In this document: in pieces, positions 1 to 14,157 of the stretch
How positions within the stretch are numbered: position 1 is the stretch's first letter
Layout of the letters: every line of letters starts with the position of its first letter
Assembly (NCBI RefSeq): GCF_000150275.1
Contig: NW_002060945.1
Location: 631,872-695,871, forward strand
Direction of reading: 5' to 3'
Source of the DNA: Trichoplax adhaerens
Lineage: Eukaryota > Animalia > Placozoa
DNA length: 64,000 bases
Position numbers and translations under genes: made by a program
The notes under the pieces: generated by a model
What the model was told of the DNA's origin: nothing
The model's input: the letters and a program-made list of their open reading frames with translations, nothing else
The model's database searches: none

Positions 1-1859
1 CCCGTTTGAAATATAATCATTTCGTCATTTCTATACTGTAAAAAGTTACACAAGCGGATTATCATAATGTATGCTATAGTCTAAATTGTGTTTCGTAAGC
101 TATACAGACTTAGGAAGAGCCTTAGCTTGGCTTAAAAATAATTTCGCCATTCATTCAGACATAAGCGATGAGATCAAATTTTGAAAATAATCTGATGGAT
201 AGAAATTGTTCATTTATTCACACGGAATATCAGTAAATTAGGATAGTTGCTGACTGAATTAGCTGCGAAGTTCTAATGGATTATGAACTGCACACCAATG
301 TTCTACACATAAAGAGTATCATAGGCTGAACTTTTACTATCCTACTTCCAATGATGACATTCGCTAAGTTGCAACGAGATACCCTTAATTAAAACGGAAT
401 AATACAGTATTAAATCTCAAATAGCTTATAATATGTCTTAGTAAACTACTCTATTGCTTTTATATATCACTTTTTTCAACTGATTCACCGTCTTTCTCTT
501 ATAATATCAGTAATACCAGGTATAATGCTAGTAATGAATAGAGTAGTTCGTTAAGACGTAGTAGTTGTAGCAATAGAGCGTTTAAAATTATTTAAACACA
601 AATGTAACTTGTAATTTTACCCATATTGACGCCTTAGATGTTGTTGCAATCGACTCCCTCGCTCTATGCATAAATTTGATAAATTACTAGACTATTTTCA
701 TTACTGAGTTCTTGTGCTATATTAATTAACTCGCTGTCTTTCTATAAGTAATTCTAGTAGTAAGTTAGATTAATCGACATTAGACAATCATAGAAAACAG
801 AAACTCATGTGTACGTTGTGTAATTTACAGTATTAGGTTCTTGTCTAATATTATGAAAACACTTTATCATATCAGGATTAAAACTTAGATCATACTGCCA
901 CTATGGATTTTTTCCTCATCGATTTACATGTCTCACTCCCAATTTTAGTAAATTACTCAGTTGCTTCCATGCCCTTATATTAATCAAACCGTTATTATTT
1001 TTTTGTAATATCAGTAAGTAACAAATTAAGTCTACACTCCATGGCTATAATAACTGTCGATGAGGAAGTAAATTAAAGCTATATTTTCAATTCTTCACGC
1101 TTCTGCAAATATTATCACTATTGATCTTTATATCATAATCACTATTTTAGTTAACTACTCATCTACTTCTATTTCCTATACAGTATTAATCAATTAGCCA
1201 TCTTTCTCATGTAATATTAGTAACAAGAAAATAAATCGATCCTAGTCCAGCTATAGCAACTATCTATATACAGTACAGCTAATTTAAATGCAGATTTTAA
1301 TTTAGCCATATTACTACCGTAGATTGAGTGCCTAGATATTGTTTCATCCGGTGCTCATCTCACAATCATCAGTTAAAATTTTGTACATCTGTTGCACTAT
1401 TTTTCCTGTGTGCCTCAGTAATTAACAATAATCTAAAGGTCTAATCATGAAGTATTATCTCAATTCTACCATCATATAACGGTTGTCACGTGATCATCCG
1501 CTAGCTCCTAATCTAATATGAGAACCATAGCCTATAACAATTTATTTGATGATAATGTTAATGGTTTGATTTATCAGCACCCACTATTTCATTCTAAATA
1601 AGTTGAGTATAAATTAAGTATTTCACTATTCTAACATAAAATATTGGATAGAAAAGTATACCCATATAAAATGCATATCACGATCATAGCAGAACGTAAT
1701 GGTATGGAAGCTAATTGAAAAAATTGAAAATGTATTGCTCTCTATTAATATCTTGGTTAACATACGATAGGTGGACGACTAAAATGATTTCTACAAGTTT
1801 TATCTATTGAAATTTTTATTTCAACTTAATATTAAAACCATGATCAAATTGTTGGTTGA

Positions 1860-4800
1860 TTAGCGCATTAGCTTGTTTCCAGAATTTACAGTGTAATAAT
1901 CAAAGGTCCAAACTTGAGTTAGGCTACCATTGCATGGTAAGATCACAGGATTTAAGTCAGTTCCACGATCGATACACAAGCCACTGTGGACATGCTTAAT
2001 AACATCTTTCTAAAAATTGAAAATATTTCAGCATTAAATAGGATTTACATATATAAAAGTCCTTAAACCTTTCGGATTTCATTATTTGACTGCGTATTCA
2101 TTTTATCTATAGCACCAACAACAGGCATACACTGTATAGCTGGTAGTTTTAGCCGCATTATTAAGATCAGGATAGAAAATATCAATAATATAGCATTACT
2201 AACACCTGGGCTGAAAATACTAATAACATGAAAAATGATGCTGTAACAAAGGATAAAATAATTTTATCTGAAATGTTCATATTCCATCTTTGTTACTCAT
2301 CAACAAAGCACTGAGTAAGCTTAGACTAGTTTATGAATAGTGTCAAAGTAATTTCAAGTAATTATACTTTACTTGCATCATACTTTCGTAGACTATTATT
2401 AAATTGCAGTAGATAAGTCGTAAAATAGTTATAGATTTATATTTACTAGGTTGTCTATATATGTGAGGCTCATTCCTATACATGTAAATATAATGATTTA
2501 GAGTTATATAGTACTGTATGAACGACCTAAGAATAACATGATAGTTACCTTTTGGTGTAGCCATTTTTGATTGCCACCTATGCGATGACATTCTGCCATT
2601 TGGATTTTGAAGCCAGGCATAATAAATGATGCATCTAGGCAAGCATCATTCCAGGAAATTTCTTTTCTTGAAGTGTATGCAAACAGCTAGAAGAAGAATT
2701 TATGAAAATTTTTTAGTTCTTTTAGGGAAAATATTCCTACAAATTTGTGATCAACCCTTACTATCTTAAGATCTCTAATTTTAGAACAAATAACATTAAT
2801 TAATTTAATTATGTCTTACCATTGTATCTCGCTGGATATTACATGGAGATAATCCAAGAAAAGTATTGGATGTTCGGCCGAATGTGTCAAGGCACATATT
2901 AGAGATTGGATTTCTAACCTATAAATTAAAGATCTGGTCATAAGATTATCATAGATACTAAGTAAAATACTTTCAACTTAAAATAATTGTATTGATCCCT
3001 GCCCAATCGAATCTACGTATTTAGAAATAATGATACTTTCTAATAGAATTTTACGCTTAATAGATAGGCCAAATTTAATATCTAAGAATTTTACAGTAAT
3101 ATAAATACTTTCTTCATCGCTTTACTATATAAAATACAGTGGATATCAATTCGAATAGTTATAGCACTCATTATTCCTATAATCATTGACCAGTCATATA
3201 TTAATGTTAGAAAGCACTAATATCGACGTGTATTTGGTTACTCGTTCATCGAATAGGTCAGTAATACTTACTTTGCCCGTAGCTATCGCCGTCTCATTTG
3301 GCAATATTACATCGGTAAACACATTTTGTAAATACCATCGGAAACTTCTACACTTTAGCCTTTGGCGTAATTTTAAATTTTCACTTATATCGCCAAAAGA
3401 TTGATCAGTTAGATAGGGATGGCGCTGATAGAAAAATTTTTTATAGTCATCCATCCATACTTCGGCCACACGTTGATAGTTCTTATTAGCAATACTGTGT
3501 AAAGATACAGATGTATCATAAGGCTGAACCTCACGAAATACATGACCAACATGAGAGCAAGGAATAATTTCCAATTTACCACCACATTGCCAAACCTGGT
3601 AGGAAAAATAGGCATCGATAGCAATATAGAAGTTACAATTATTTTCAAAGTATTGGTAACAGCAAATTAATTGCTCTAGGATCCATTTCCAATTGCAGTT
3701 TAAATGATATTAGCCAATTTAAATGGTCTATGATATCATAACAGTTGATTGTACTAAAAACAGTAGAGTAGATGATAAAGCGTGCGCTATAGGAGATTAA
3801 AGTTAATGACTTCAAAATGAAATAATTACTCCATGATCTACTTATACTTTCGTTTTAAATAATATTAGTTGATATAAATGAGTATCTGATAAAATATTGT
3901 GTACATGTAGTCATTGTTGCTTAATTATAGGTATTCACCTTAAGTAATACTTGTACTATAGGTTATTTGCTACTTAACATACTATGTATAGTCTAAGTAC
4001 CTTAAAAGATAATTCCATATTTTCGGCACCCCAAATTTCTAATCCTCTATCGTATGTTCCAAGTTCTAAAAAATATTCGCGATCTATAGCAAATAACCCA
4101 CCAGCCATAGTTGGCGATCTGAAACAAAGAATTCATTAGTTATTTCAAAATATAATTTTACAGCTCTTTATAGCTGCTTGCTGCTCTGTCTTAAGGCCAA
4201 GAAATTAGAAGGGAAGCTGTATATATACACTCATAACTAATATTGTCTTCAGATTGAAAGCCTAATAGCTTTATTCCTGCTGTCGTGCATGTGGAATTAC
4301 AGTAGTTCATTTTATTAAAGTTAGAGACGAGCTCGATAGCATCCTAAAATAACCTCTTCATCCTCATTTCTTGCTTACCTCATAGGATCTGTCGCTGAGG
4401 TGCGACGTAGTCGTTCTGATGTAGGAGCAATCGACCATTTAAAGCTTAAATCCCAATTAAATGTGCCTCGTAAAACACCACTAGGTCCATATTTATAGGC
4501 GAAATTATTCAAATCGATAGAATCAATTTCTGGGCAAACCACTGTAGTACGATCTTGATGAATTCGGTTCAGTAAAGGCTCCAACCACCCAATTGTAACT
4601 TCGCAATGAGCATCCAAGAATGTGACGATGGGGGCTGATGTTTGCTCCAGGCCTACAATCAACAACAAGATCGGACGAGAACTTTGATAAGCATGTCAGA
4701 AAAGCTTCTATCCTAGAGCATGCAAGCGATTAATATAGCTAGAGTTGAGATTGAATCTAATACCTCGTAATCGCGCTCGGATTAATCCTTCTCGCTGAGA

Positions 4801-7117
4801 ATTACGATGTAGTCGAACTTTATCAAGCTGTCGAACATATTCTTCTAATGGCTGATGAAGTTCCTCTAAACCACGGAGTAAAGCAAAAAAAAAAAAGACA
4901 GAGTGGGCTTATTTCTAAATTAGTAATCAATCTGCTGAGAAATCTATAGAACCTATGATGTAGTTCGTATTGAATTAGCGAAAACGGCATCAAATCGACG
5001 AGAGTTTGTCAAGATGGATAGACTTACCATGGCCAACAACATCACTGCTATCATCGACTAGAATTACTTCATGCAAGAGATCTGGTGGAGATCGATCTAA
5101 TACACTATGGACAGTTCGCATTAAAGTTGACCATGCCTCGTTATAAAAGACGATAACTACACTTGTAGAAGGTAAATCGACCGGATAAGTCATACTTTTA
5201 CACCTAGAAATGAATGATGGTCAAGTTAAAATTCCATTTTGCTTAAATCATGATTGGATAATGGCGTTGCAGTTCTACTATAAATTGGTAGTTTTGAATA
5301 TTATTTTAAATAATTGTTCTATCAGACATGTCGATACAAGCTGTTGGACAGTAATCACATGTACTATATTTAATTTTATCATAAGATGTTCAATCATACT
5401 CTAAAATTTTCAAGATTACTATATAAAATGCGGTACGAGTAAGTAAATTCTAAAGAACAGCAAGATTATAAGCAATACTGCTGATCCTTGAATGATCATG
5501 CCTGCAAGAATAAAGGAGCCATAACCTAAAATTGTCATCCTATTAAAGCCTTATATGTTCTCTACCAATATTTAAAACAAAAAGAGCAAAAATCAAGATA
5601 GAACTAGACCTACAGTAAATAAGCTATGTGATTATTGAGGCACCAGTATACATGTAAAGCGATCTGGTTCACTTTATAATATAATCAACTCGGTTATTTG
5701 ATAAAATGACTGGTTAACTGTATTAAATTAGCAATGCTTGGGTGACTTTGTAAGCAAGTCCATTACTCTGTAAAATTAATGATTAGCTTGGCGAATCTGA
5801 CCTAATATACGGTATACATTAATCTCAACCTGGGAATCATTTTGAAACAAATATCAGTGCCTTCTCTCTAGTACAGTACGTTAACTTAAAAATCTGTACT
5901 CAAGTCCCCTAACGACATAGCCATGCTTAATTAATCTTCACGATAACATAAATTAATCTCAATCTAGGAATCATTTTGAAGTAAATACCAGTGCTTTTCT
6001 ACTAGTATTTTAAGTTAAAAATCTACACTAAAGCTTGTTAACGACATAGCAAAGCTTAATGATTCCTGGGATCTTCACAATAATACACATTAATCTCAAC
6101 CTAGGAATCATTTTGTAATAAGTACCGGTGCTTTGCCTGTATTTTAACTTAAAACTTGTACTAAAGCTCGCTAACGACATGGCAAAGCTTAATAATCCCT
6201 GGATCTTCATGACGATACATAAGAATTTTAATTTAGGAATCATTTAGAAATAAATATTGGAGCCTCCTCTGCCAGTAATGTAGCTTAAAAATCTGTACTA
6301 AAGCTCGCCGATGATATAGTAAAGTTTAATAGTCTCTAGGATGGTAGAGTATAATATCCATCTTCTGTACTTACATTTCGGGACGAGGATCAGGCAATGT
6401 TCTTTGTAAGGAAATTCGATCACTGACCCACTGATTAAAGTGATTTCTTTGAAATAGCTCTTCACTTAGTTGTTGATATTCTTTAGGAACATCGACTGGA
6501 CGACCATATTCACCGGGTGCAGCAGGTTTATGGTTTTGAGGCAATGCTGGTTGAAATACTGGCCTTTCTTTCCCACTTGTTCGTTTCTTGTCATGACTTT
6601 GCCGTTCATCGGCTGCTTTATGAGCATCTTGAGCCTGTTTAATTTTCTTCTTAATTTGATCTTCAGCTGCAATTTTCATTTTCTGAAAGATATTAATTGA
6701 TTTCTTGGTCGTTGCAATGGGAGTTACTTTCTTGGATTTAGCAATAGCATCTTTATCATCAACATTTTTCTTGCCTTGCTGTTTTCGATTACTTTTATCT
6801 TTTTGAACATCACTATCTTTACTTTTCTTTGGCTCTCTATCAGAGTCCTTTAATTTCTTGCCGTCATCATCACCTTTATCACGATGACTGGATTGAGCTT
6901 TAGTCTTGTCTTGATTTAATTCTTCCTTGTTCTTCATATTATTTCTTTCCACATCTTGTTCCTTTTTATTACCAGGTAAATTCTCTTCAGCTAAATCGTT
7001 AGAATGGCTACTACCAAAGATGGATGACAGAACAATTTGTGCTATGTAAAAAGCGCCAATACCCATTAAAATGATTATCAACGTATACCGACATCGTCTT
7101 CTTCTGTTAATCATCAT
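1860..7117 (-). CDS. GALNT: Polypeptide N-acetylgalactosaminyltransferase, tandem paralog 1 (GT27 catalytic domain + ricin-B lectin), 9 exons, ~707 aa
   Basis: Exons 7117-6375, 5203-5028, 4865-4764, 4652-4379, 4118-4001, 3595-3272, 2918-2820, 2686-2549, 2009-1860 splice GT-AG in frame. Type II TM anchor after an RRRR tail. Motifs [34 protein letters not shown] (DxH), [23 protein letters not shown]. Three lectin subdomains. Confidence 0.95.
5817..6342. repeat. Four diverged tandem copies of a ~132-137 bp unit in GALNT-1 intron 1
   Basis: Anchor GGAATCAT at 5833, 5967, 6104 and 6236. Each is followed by similar ...aaaaatctgtactaaagct...acgacatagcaaagcttaat blocks. Confidence 0.85.
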
Positions 7118-7678
7118 TTTGAATTTCTTAATTCGTTAAAGATTACCAATAATATTTGACAAAAGTATATCGATCGATATTGGATAGGATGTAGGATTAA
7201 AGATTAGTAATATAAATCAAGGTTGGAGTATTTTTGCGATCTACCGGATCAAAGATATTTGAAGGAATATAAATAAAAGTGATCTTAAAACCTAGAGTGT
7301 TAAATTTCAACTAAGCTTCTAGTTATTGTTCCTGGATAGTCATTTTTTGTATGAAATATGGCCGCCTAGTCTTGCAATGACCTACTGTATTTACTGTATA
7401 CCGCATAGCCAGTAGATTTCCTATGTATATTTATTCTTTATGTTAGGAAAGCTTATATCGAGTGATAGCTTGTAGCCATTATGGCTAGTTTTGGCATAAT
7501 AAATTAATTGTCATCTGGTATGCCAATGCAAGGCCATCTGTTGCCAGAACAACCCTGATTCAAATAATTATTCTGCTGTAGGATGGAACGATTAAATTGC
7601 TTAAGCTATGCCTTTGTAAGTATACCTTTGGCCAGCCAGATCATTGTCCATTTGAACAAAGCCATTTTCTGCATTGAG

Positions 7679-7960
7679 AATAAAATGATATACCCGTATA
7701 TAAGATCAAGCCCACGCCTAAAAGTGGAAAGGAGTATAACAATTTCATCCTTTGACCATTTTCATACAAGGCCTAGATAGAGCGAGTGTTTCGGTTTAGA
7801 AATACGATTGAAGTACTTTTACAAATAAAATGATACACAAAATCAAGTCTACGCCCAAAACTGGAGAGGAATACCCGTATAATTTCATCCTTTTGACCAT
7901 TTTCATAATATGGCCAGATGGAACGAGCGCCTCGTTTTATAAACATAATCAAGGACTTTT
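7679..7960. repeat. Two-copy tandem duplication, ~140 bp period
   Basis: AATTTCATCCTTT(T)GACCATTTTCATA at 7741 and 7881. Both are preceded by similar aataaaatgata...atcaag..acgcc.aaaa.tgga.agga blocks. Confidence 0.75.
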
Positions 7961-8090
7961 GCACCTTAAGAGGCTTTTCTGTAGCATCTGTTACAAATAA
8001 CTACGAGGACTAATTTAAAATAATCGTTATCACAACGTTATAGTCTCATAGCCACTACTTCTACTCATTTAGTCTCTATTTAGGAGTTAC

Positions 8091-8358
8091 CTTGGCGATC
8101 AGATCAGATATAAAATTTTGCTCATAGCTCAATGTCTACCCCTGAAATTTTATTCCTATCGAAGCGAAATTCATAATACATTGTTTCAAATCGTTTGAAA
8201 GTGAAATTATTTTCCCTCGGTTTCCTTGGCGATTGAATGGAACATGAAATTCTGTTCATAGCTCAATGCTTACCACTGAAATTTTATTTCTATCGAAACG
8301 AAATTCATAACGCTTTATTTCAGATCGTTTAAAAGTAAAATTTTTTGCTATAGTTTTC
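8091..8358. repeat. Two-copy tandem duplication, 134 bp period
   Basis: CTTGGCGAT at 8091 and 8225. Shared TCATAGCTCAATG, CTGAAATTTTATT.CTATCGAA.CGAAATTCATAA and ATCGTTT.AAAGT.AAATT blocks. Confidence 0.85.
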
Positions 8359-9377
8359 CTTTTTTAGAGTACATAATTAATCAGCTTCAGAATAGGTTGT
8401 ACCAAGATAGATTTATTATCGTAAGTTTGCTTGTTGTTGTCATGAATGTAAAGCGTCTTTGGTTTCAATAATGAATAAAATGGATTCGTAAGTACTATCA
8501 TAAAGCAATTTTTTGCTTTAGCATCAACTTTTAAATCCACAAATGGAAGTCTACTAGATTGCAAAGGAAGATGCATAAGGATAGTTCTACAAAATTCTAT
8601 TATCCGATCTCACGCTCATGAAATATTGCAGTGTGTTGTTAATACACTGTAACATCTCTTGTTAGCGTAGATCGCCAAATGGCTTAAGATTCATAAGGTA
8701 GTTCTATTTATCTGATCTTCTACTCACTGGTATAGATGCGCTATCAAATAGGCAATAGATCTATTCTCGATGGGCAGATATTGTATCATCTCTCCTTAAC
8801 TATCAACTATAGTACGACTCAAAGCGTAAATTCGCGATACTACTGTAATTTACATTCAGAGAGAATACCTATAAGAAACATAAACATACAGCACAATATG
8901 TAGAAGGATTACACTATAGCACTATAAACGTCAATATCTTGGGAAAATATTTATTCATAAGCATATAATCACCTTTTTGATGATTCTACCTGATCAATCT
9001 ATTTAGATACGAAAGATAAGGAAAGTCGATAAAAACCTGATAGCAACAGTACATTATTTCTCCACTGATTATCATTAATCAATGTTTTTAAAGAAATTGT
9101 TTTATATTATTATTTTAGGACATTTATTCTGTAATCGAGATACGAATCTTAATAAATTTTCAATCATAAAGATGAAAATGTAAATTAAAATTAAAAGGCA
9201 AAAGTTCTAATGCGTATTCATTATCATATCATAACTCATTTTTCTAATATTGGTTTGCTAATGTACTGTAATAACATCAAAAATTTTCGTGAATATTAAA
9301 AAGACAATTTCTTCCTGTACACATTCCTATCATTAGTCTGAATTTATTCAGTAATAAAATAATTTTTTTAATGCAGC

Positions 9378-12300
9378 CTAAATCTTGACTTTGGGTGTAA
9401 CATTGAGGTAGTACTTTTCAAAAATCCACTTCTGGGATTCACCTCCATCGCAGACTGCTATAATTGGATTACCGCCAGATCCACGGTCCAAGCACATACC
9501 GCTTGTACCATGCCGAATTGGACCATCCTATCAAGTTATATAAGTTAATTACTTCCGTGTTTATTAATACCATGATAACCGTTCTTCAGTTAATAAATTT
9601 CTAAAATAAACCTTTCAGTGTATTTTATCCATGACTCAAAAAAAAATGATACCTTTTCATGCATCCAAAGCTGATTGCCTTTCATACCATGACATTCGTA
9701 AAGCTGAACTTTAGTTCCGGGATTGTAATCAGATACATCGAGACATATGTCTTGCACGACGAGCTCTTGTCGAACAGTAAACGAAATAATCTACAATTTT
9801 TCGAGTATTTTAAATGAAATAAATGGGATGTACATTTATGTAATCCTACGATTAAACTATACATTCAGCTAACATATGAGAAACATTAATTATTACCATT
9901 GTCATTGCAGAGAGTGTACATGGACTAAGTCCAATATAGCTTAATTTTGGTCTACTAAGTGAATCCAAGCACATATTTGAGGCAGGATTCCTGACCTTAA
10001 TAAAGTAAATAAATTGATTAATGATCAAAGTAATCGCATAAAGTAAAGACAAAACAGCACAAAATACCTTTCCCTTTGCTATTACAGATTCATTAGGTAA
10101 GACTGCATCAGTATAGATGTTTTCCAGATACCACTTGAAAGATTTACACTTTAGCTTTTTGCGAATTTCAAGGCGTTTGCTAATATCGCCATATGCATGA
10201 CCACGTAGGTGAGGTTGGCGTTGATAGAAAAATTCTTTATAGCCATCCATCCAAACCTCAGCAACACGCTGAGAATTTTTACCCAATGTATCAACAACAC
10301 CTTTAGGAAATCCGTACGGTTGACTTTTACGAAATACATGGCCCACATGTGAGCAAGGGACTATTTCAAGAGTACCACCACATTGCCATATCTAAGGTCA
10401 ATTATATCAATGAAAGCATTTATAAACGTAATCAAGCAGGTTACATGCTTACAATACGGCGCTTTGTTTATCACTATTAAATTCAATTTAATTCAATTTA
10501 TACTACTCGATATATCATCAAAATTACTAGTTCAAACTCTATATGACAATTATGTTGGTATTGAGGATATATTAAGAATTAAAGAGATAAATAAGGTAGA
10601 TATTGTAAAGAAACGGCTAGGTACCCTGAAAGATATCTCCAAATTTTCTCCACCCCAAATATCCATTTCTTCATCGTATGTCCCAATTTCTTTAAAGTAA
10701 TCACGGTTTATTGCAAATAGACCACCGGCCATAGTAGGAGTTCTGGTATATAAAATTAAATAAAGCAATTACGCCATTTAATTGAAATAATTGAAATAAT
10801 TTGCTAAGTAGTGATTAGAAAAGATTAACATACCTAACAGGATCGATAGGTGATTGACGCCGCTTTTGTTCTTCAGTCGAAACAGCTCTCCACCGAAAAT
10901 GTAGATCCCAATTAAAAATCCCCCTCATTAAACCACTAGGACCATATTGATATGCGAAATTTTCGTCACTAATAACGTCAATTTCAGGACAGACTACGGT
11001 GCTTCGATCATTATAGATTCGCTCTAGTAAAGGTTCTAGCCAGCCGGTATTAGCCTCACAATGGGCATCCAAAAAAGTTACCACAGGAGCTTTAGAAGCA
11101 GCGAAACCTGTCACAAAAATAATGGTAAGGTATATTCTTTAAAGTTTAATTAAAACACATGGTCATACGTCTACTATTATTAATATTTAAATATAAGTAT
11201 AAAATCATATTTTAAATTAAATTTACAAAGAAAGCTATTGTTAGTAATAAAATACAATCGATCTTAGGAAAAACACTCTTACCATTTAATCTAGATCGAA
11301 TTAAACCTTCTCGTTTTTTATTACGTATTATTTTTACTTTTGCAAGTTTTGCAATATACGCATCAAGAGGGGCATGTAGCTCTTCTGTATAAAATGAAGT
11401 GATTTACTATTAAAATTTAATAGACGGTGAAGAATATAGTGTAGAATAATATAACATATATTCAAAAGACAAGATGTCATATTACGTTTAGTATTCCTAT
11501 GAAAAGTTGGAAATACAGTAATTACTTATACAAAGAATCCTAACCAATATTGTACTTAATAACGTCAAAGACCTACCATGTCCACTAACAACACTTTTAT
11601 CATCGACAAGTATGATCTCTATAAGTAAATCAGGAGCAGTCCGATCAAGGACACTATGAATCGTTCTGAGTAAAGTGGACCAAGCTTCGTTGTGAAATAC
11701 AATAACTACACTAGTAGGAGGTAAATCACCAGGATATACTTTGTCTTTACACCTTGAGTTAGGAAACAATAAGAATGGCTTAACTTAGAATCGAACAAAG
11801 CATTTTACTAGTATTGTCGTCCTACAGACTACTTTTAAAGAATAAGATTAACTAAGAACTACTATTATACACTGATTTTGTGATAATTCTACTACGGGTT
11901 ATCTCGTAGATTATATAGAAACATCTATATTATACACATTGAGACAAAATAAGATTACTCCAATTATTACTTTTAAATATGTGTTAATTGTAACTTTTAA
12001 TAAGCTAGTTTCTCGAACCACTTTAGGAAGGTACACTGCTACCGCCTATCGCAATAAGGTATCAATTAAATTTGATTACTATAACTTAGTCTGTAAGTAG
12101 TTCTTAAGCAGTAACTACTGCATCCACTCAGCACAATGGTTATACGGTATATCAATACTCATTGAACGCATAAAAAATTTACAATTTTGGCCTGGCATCG
12201 GGTAATATTCGATGTAACGAGATTTTATCACTGGCCCATTGGTTGAATTTGTTGCGTTCGAATAGACGTTTACTCTCTATTAAAAATTCTTTAGGTATGT

Positions 12301-12682
12301 CAACTGCTTTTCCATTCTCTCCAGGTGCATCTTTGATATAGCCTTTAGGCATTGTTGGTTGAAATACATGCCTACTATGCAGTTTAATAGGGGCATTTCC
12401 ATGGGGCAGATTTTCATGGTGATCGTCTTTATTAGTATTTTTTTTACCAAATTGATTGTCTTGATGAACGTCACGTCGTTTATTAACATTATTTGAATGA
12501 TGTTGATCGGATTCAAGATGTTTGTTATGATCATCTTGATGAACATTTCGATCATTATCCTGATTAAGAACTTGTTTGGACTTTTCAGTCTTTGTAGTGA
12601 CAGTTCGTAACAGAGTAATAGTCCATAGTGCTAATAGGACACAGAGAACGAAGACAATTGGTCTCTTTCTTCTGGTCAGCAT
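9378..12682 (-). CDS. GALNT: Polypeptide N-acetylgalactosaminyltransferase, tandem paralog 2, 9 exons, ~626 aa
   Basis: Exons 12682-12183, 11752-11577, 11384-11283, 11107-10834, 10742-10625, 10391-10068, 9995-9897, 9790-9653, 9527-9378, all in frame. Motifs [40 protein letters not shown], lectin [10 protein letters not shown]. Confidence 0.95.
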
Positions 12683-13893
12683 AATCTTAGTGCTAAAATT
12701 GGATTGATATTTGGCTGTAATGAATCTAAAGGTGTAGAAGAATAGGACTTGAGCAAGTCTATGTGAAATGACTGTCTGTGTAATATTGTTGTATTAGGTA
12801 GAGAAGAATATCTATCCCATAGATCGTTTTATAGACTTTTACATTATTATGATCAGATCACTATTGGAAAAACAAAAATGGTAGAACCTTAGGGCAATAA
12901 GACATCAGAAATAGATTTATTATCTAGCTTATGATTAGTCTAAAGATGTACAGTATCTTCTTATTATCAAGATTGTATATTAATGAATAAAATCGGATAT
13001 AGATTTGAAGCAGCAGAAAGGAAAAACAAAAATAATGATGATTTTACATTACATATAAGCGCTAGCTATGCAATCGTCTTCATCTAGAATGCCTATTGCA
13101 GTAGAAACAACTTACAGTTTGGCTCAGAATAACTGACCTAGTCTTGTCTGATGCAGTTCGGGTCGATAAGAGTTTTAATAAACCACTAGGAATTTCAATC
13201 CAGCGACAAGCTTACATCTACTAAGAGTAAAATAAAAATGATTGCATTCATTTGCTATCGACGTAATAACGTTCTACGCTAGGACAAGTATTGACGTATG
13301 CATGTATAGTAAGATTTGAGGCTATTGATTTATCATGGCTTTGTATACATACAGCACACTACTATACTATGTCATTAGTAAGTTTAAATATTTAAAATAA
13401 GACTTCATTTATTAATTATCATTGATAAGTGTTGTTGCAGAAACGACGTCACTAAACTAATTAGTCATTGCCAGCAACAATTCAAAGTACTGCATAGTAT
13501 CATTTCTTTCCAACTCTATTGATCCATACCCTACACCAAGTCGTCTCCAAAGAAGTACAATGTAGTGATAGTAAGTTTATCAAATCATTACCTGTTCTTG
13601 CTCGCGATGAGCAACTGTGATCATGTTGTATAAACGTTGATCAATTTGGAGCCACCATCTTGAATCGATGTCGATATTCCGGTACTGTGCATTCAATTCA
13701 ATCAGTTTAGCAGAAGTTGAGTACTGTAGTAATGACAACGGAAACAAAGGGTTTGTCTCCTCACTTGTGAATGGGCAGGCCTGGGAGTTTCCAGCCCCTG
13801 GCACATGCTCACTACTTACAGTGTATTGTACTGTACACCAGCGTACCATGCGATGTACTGTGCACTCTAGCAAGACAAAGATGAGCGATTGGA

Positions 13894-14071
13894 AGACCTG
13901 ATCAAAATCCGCCATGATGTCCGAAATCCTAGCTAAATAATTTCATATCATTCCATCTCATACTATCATGTCAATCCCTCCAAGTTTTCCGGTGTTTACT
14001 TAACCTTAATGCAATGATATGAAGTTATTTAGTTAAGAGTTCTGACATGATCATGCATTTTGATCAGGTCT
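13894..14071. mobile_element. MITE-like non-autonomous element / long inverted repeat (~178 bp)
   Basis: Arms 13895-13956 and 14009-14070 are reverse complements over 62 bp with 11 mismatches by my count. The outer 14-15 bp (AGACCTGATCAAAAT) are perfect. Spacer ~52 nt. Flanks are AA and TA, so a TA target-site duplication is only partly supported. Confidence 0.65.
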
Positions 14072-14157
14072 ATTGTACACTTTACTGTAACTACTGTTGA
14101 GAAGAGAGAACAATTGTCATACTGAGTCCTATTGTCTGCGCTAGCCTGTGTAAATGT

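Noticed and set aside
5817-6342. CRISPR-like periodic repeats
   Set aside because: Eukaryotic intron, whole units are similar with no unique spacers, and no cas genes are present.
13580-13915. 111-aa ORF with good Kozak context (MADFDQV...)
   Set aside because: No recognisable homology. It starts inside the MITE arm and runs through motif repeats, so it cannot be supported as a gene.
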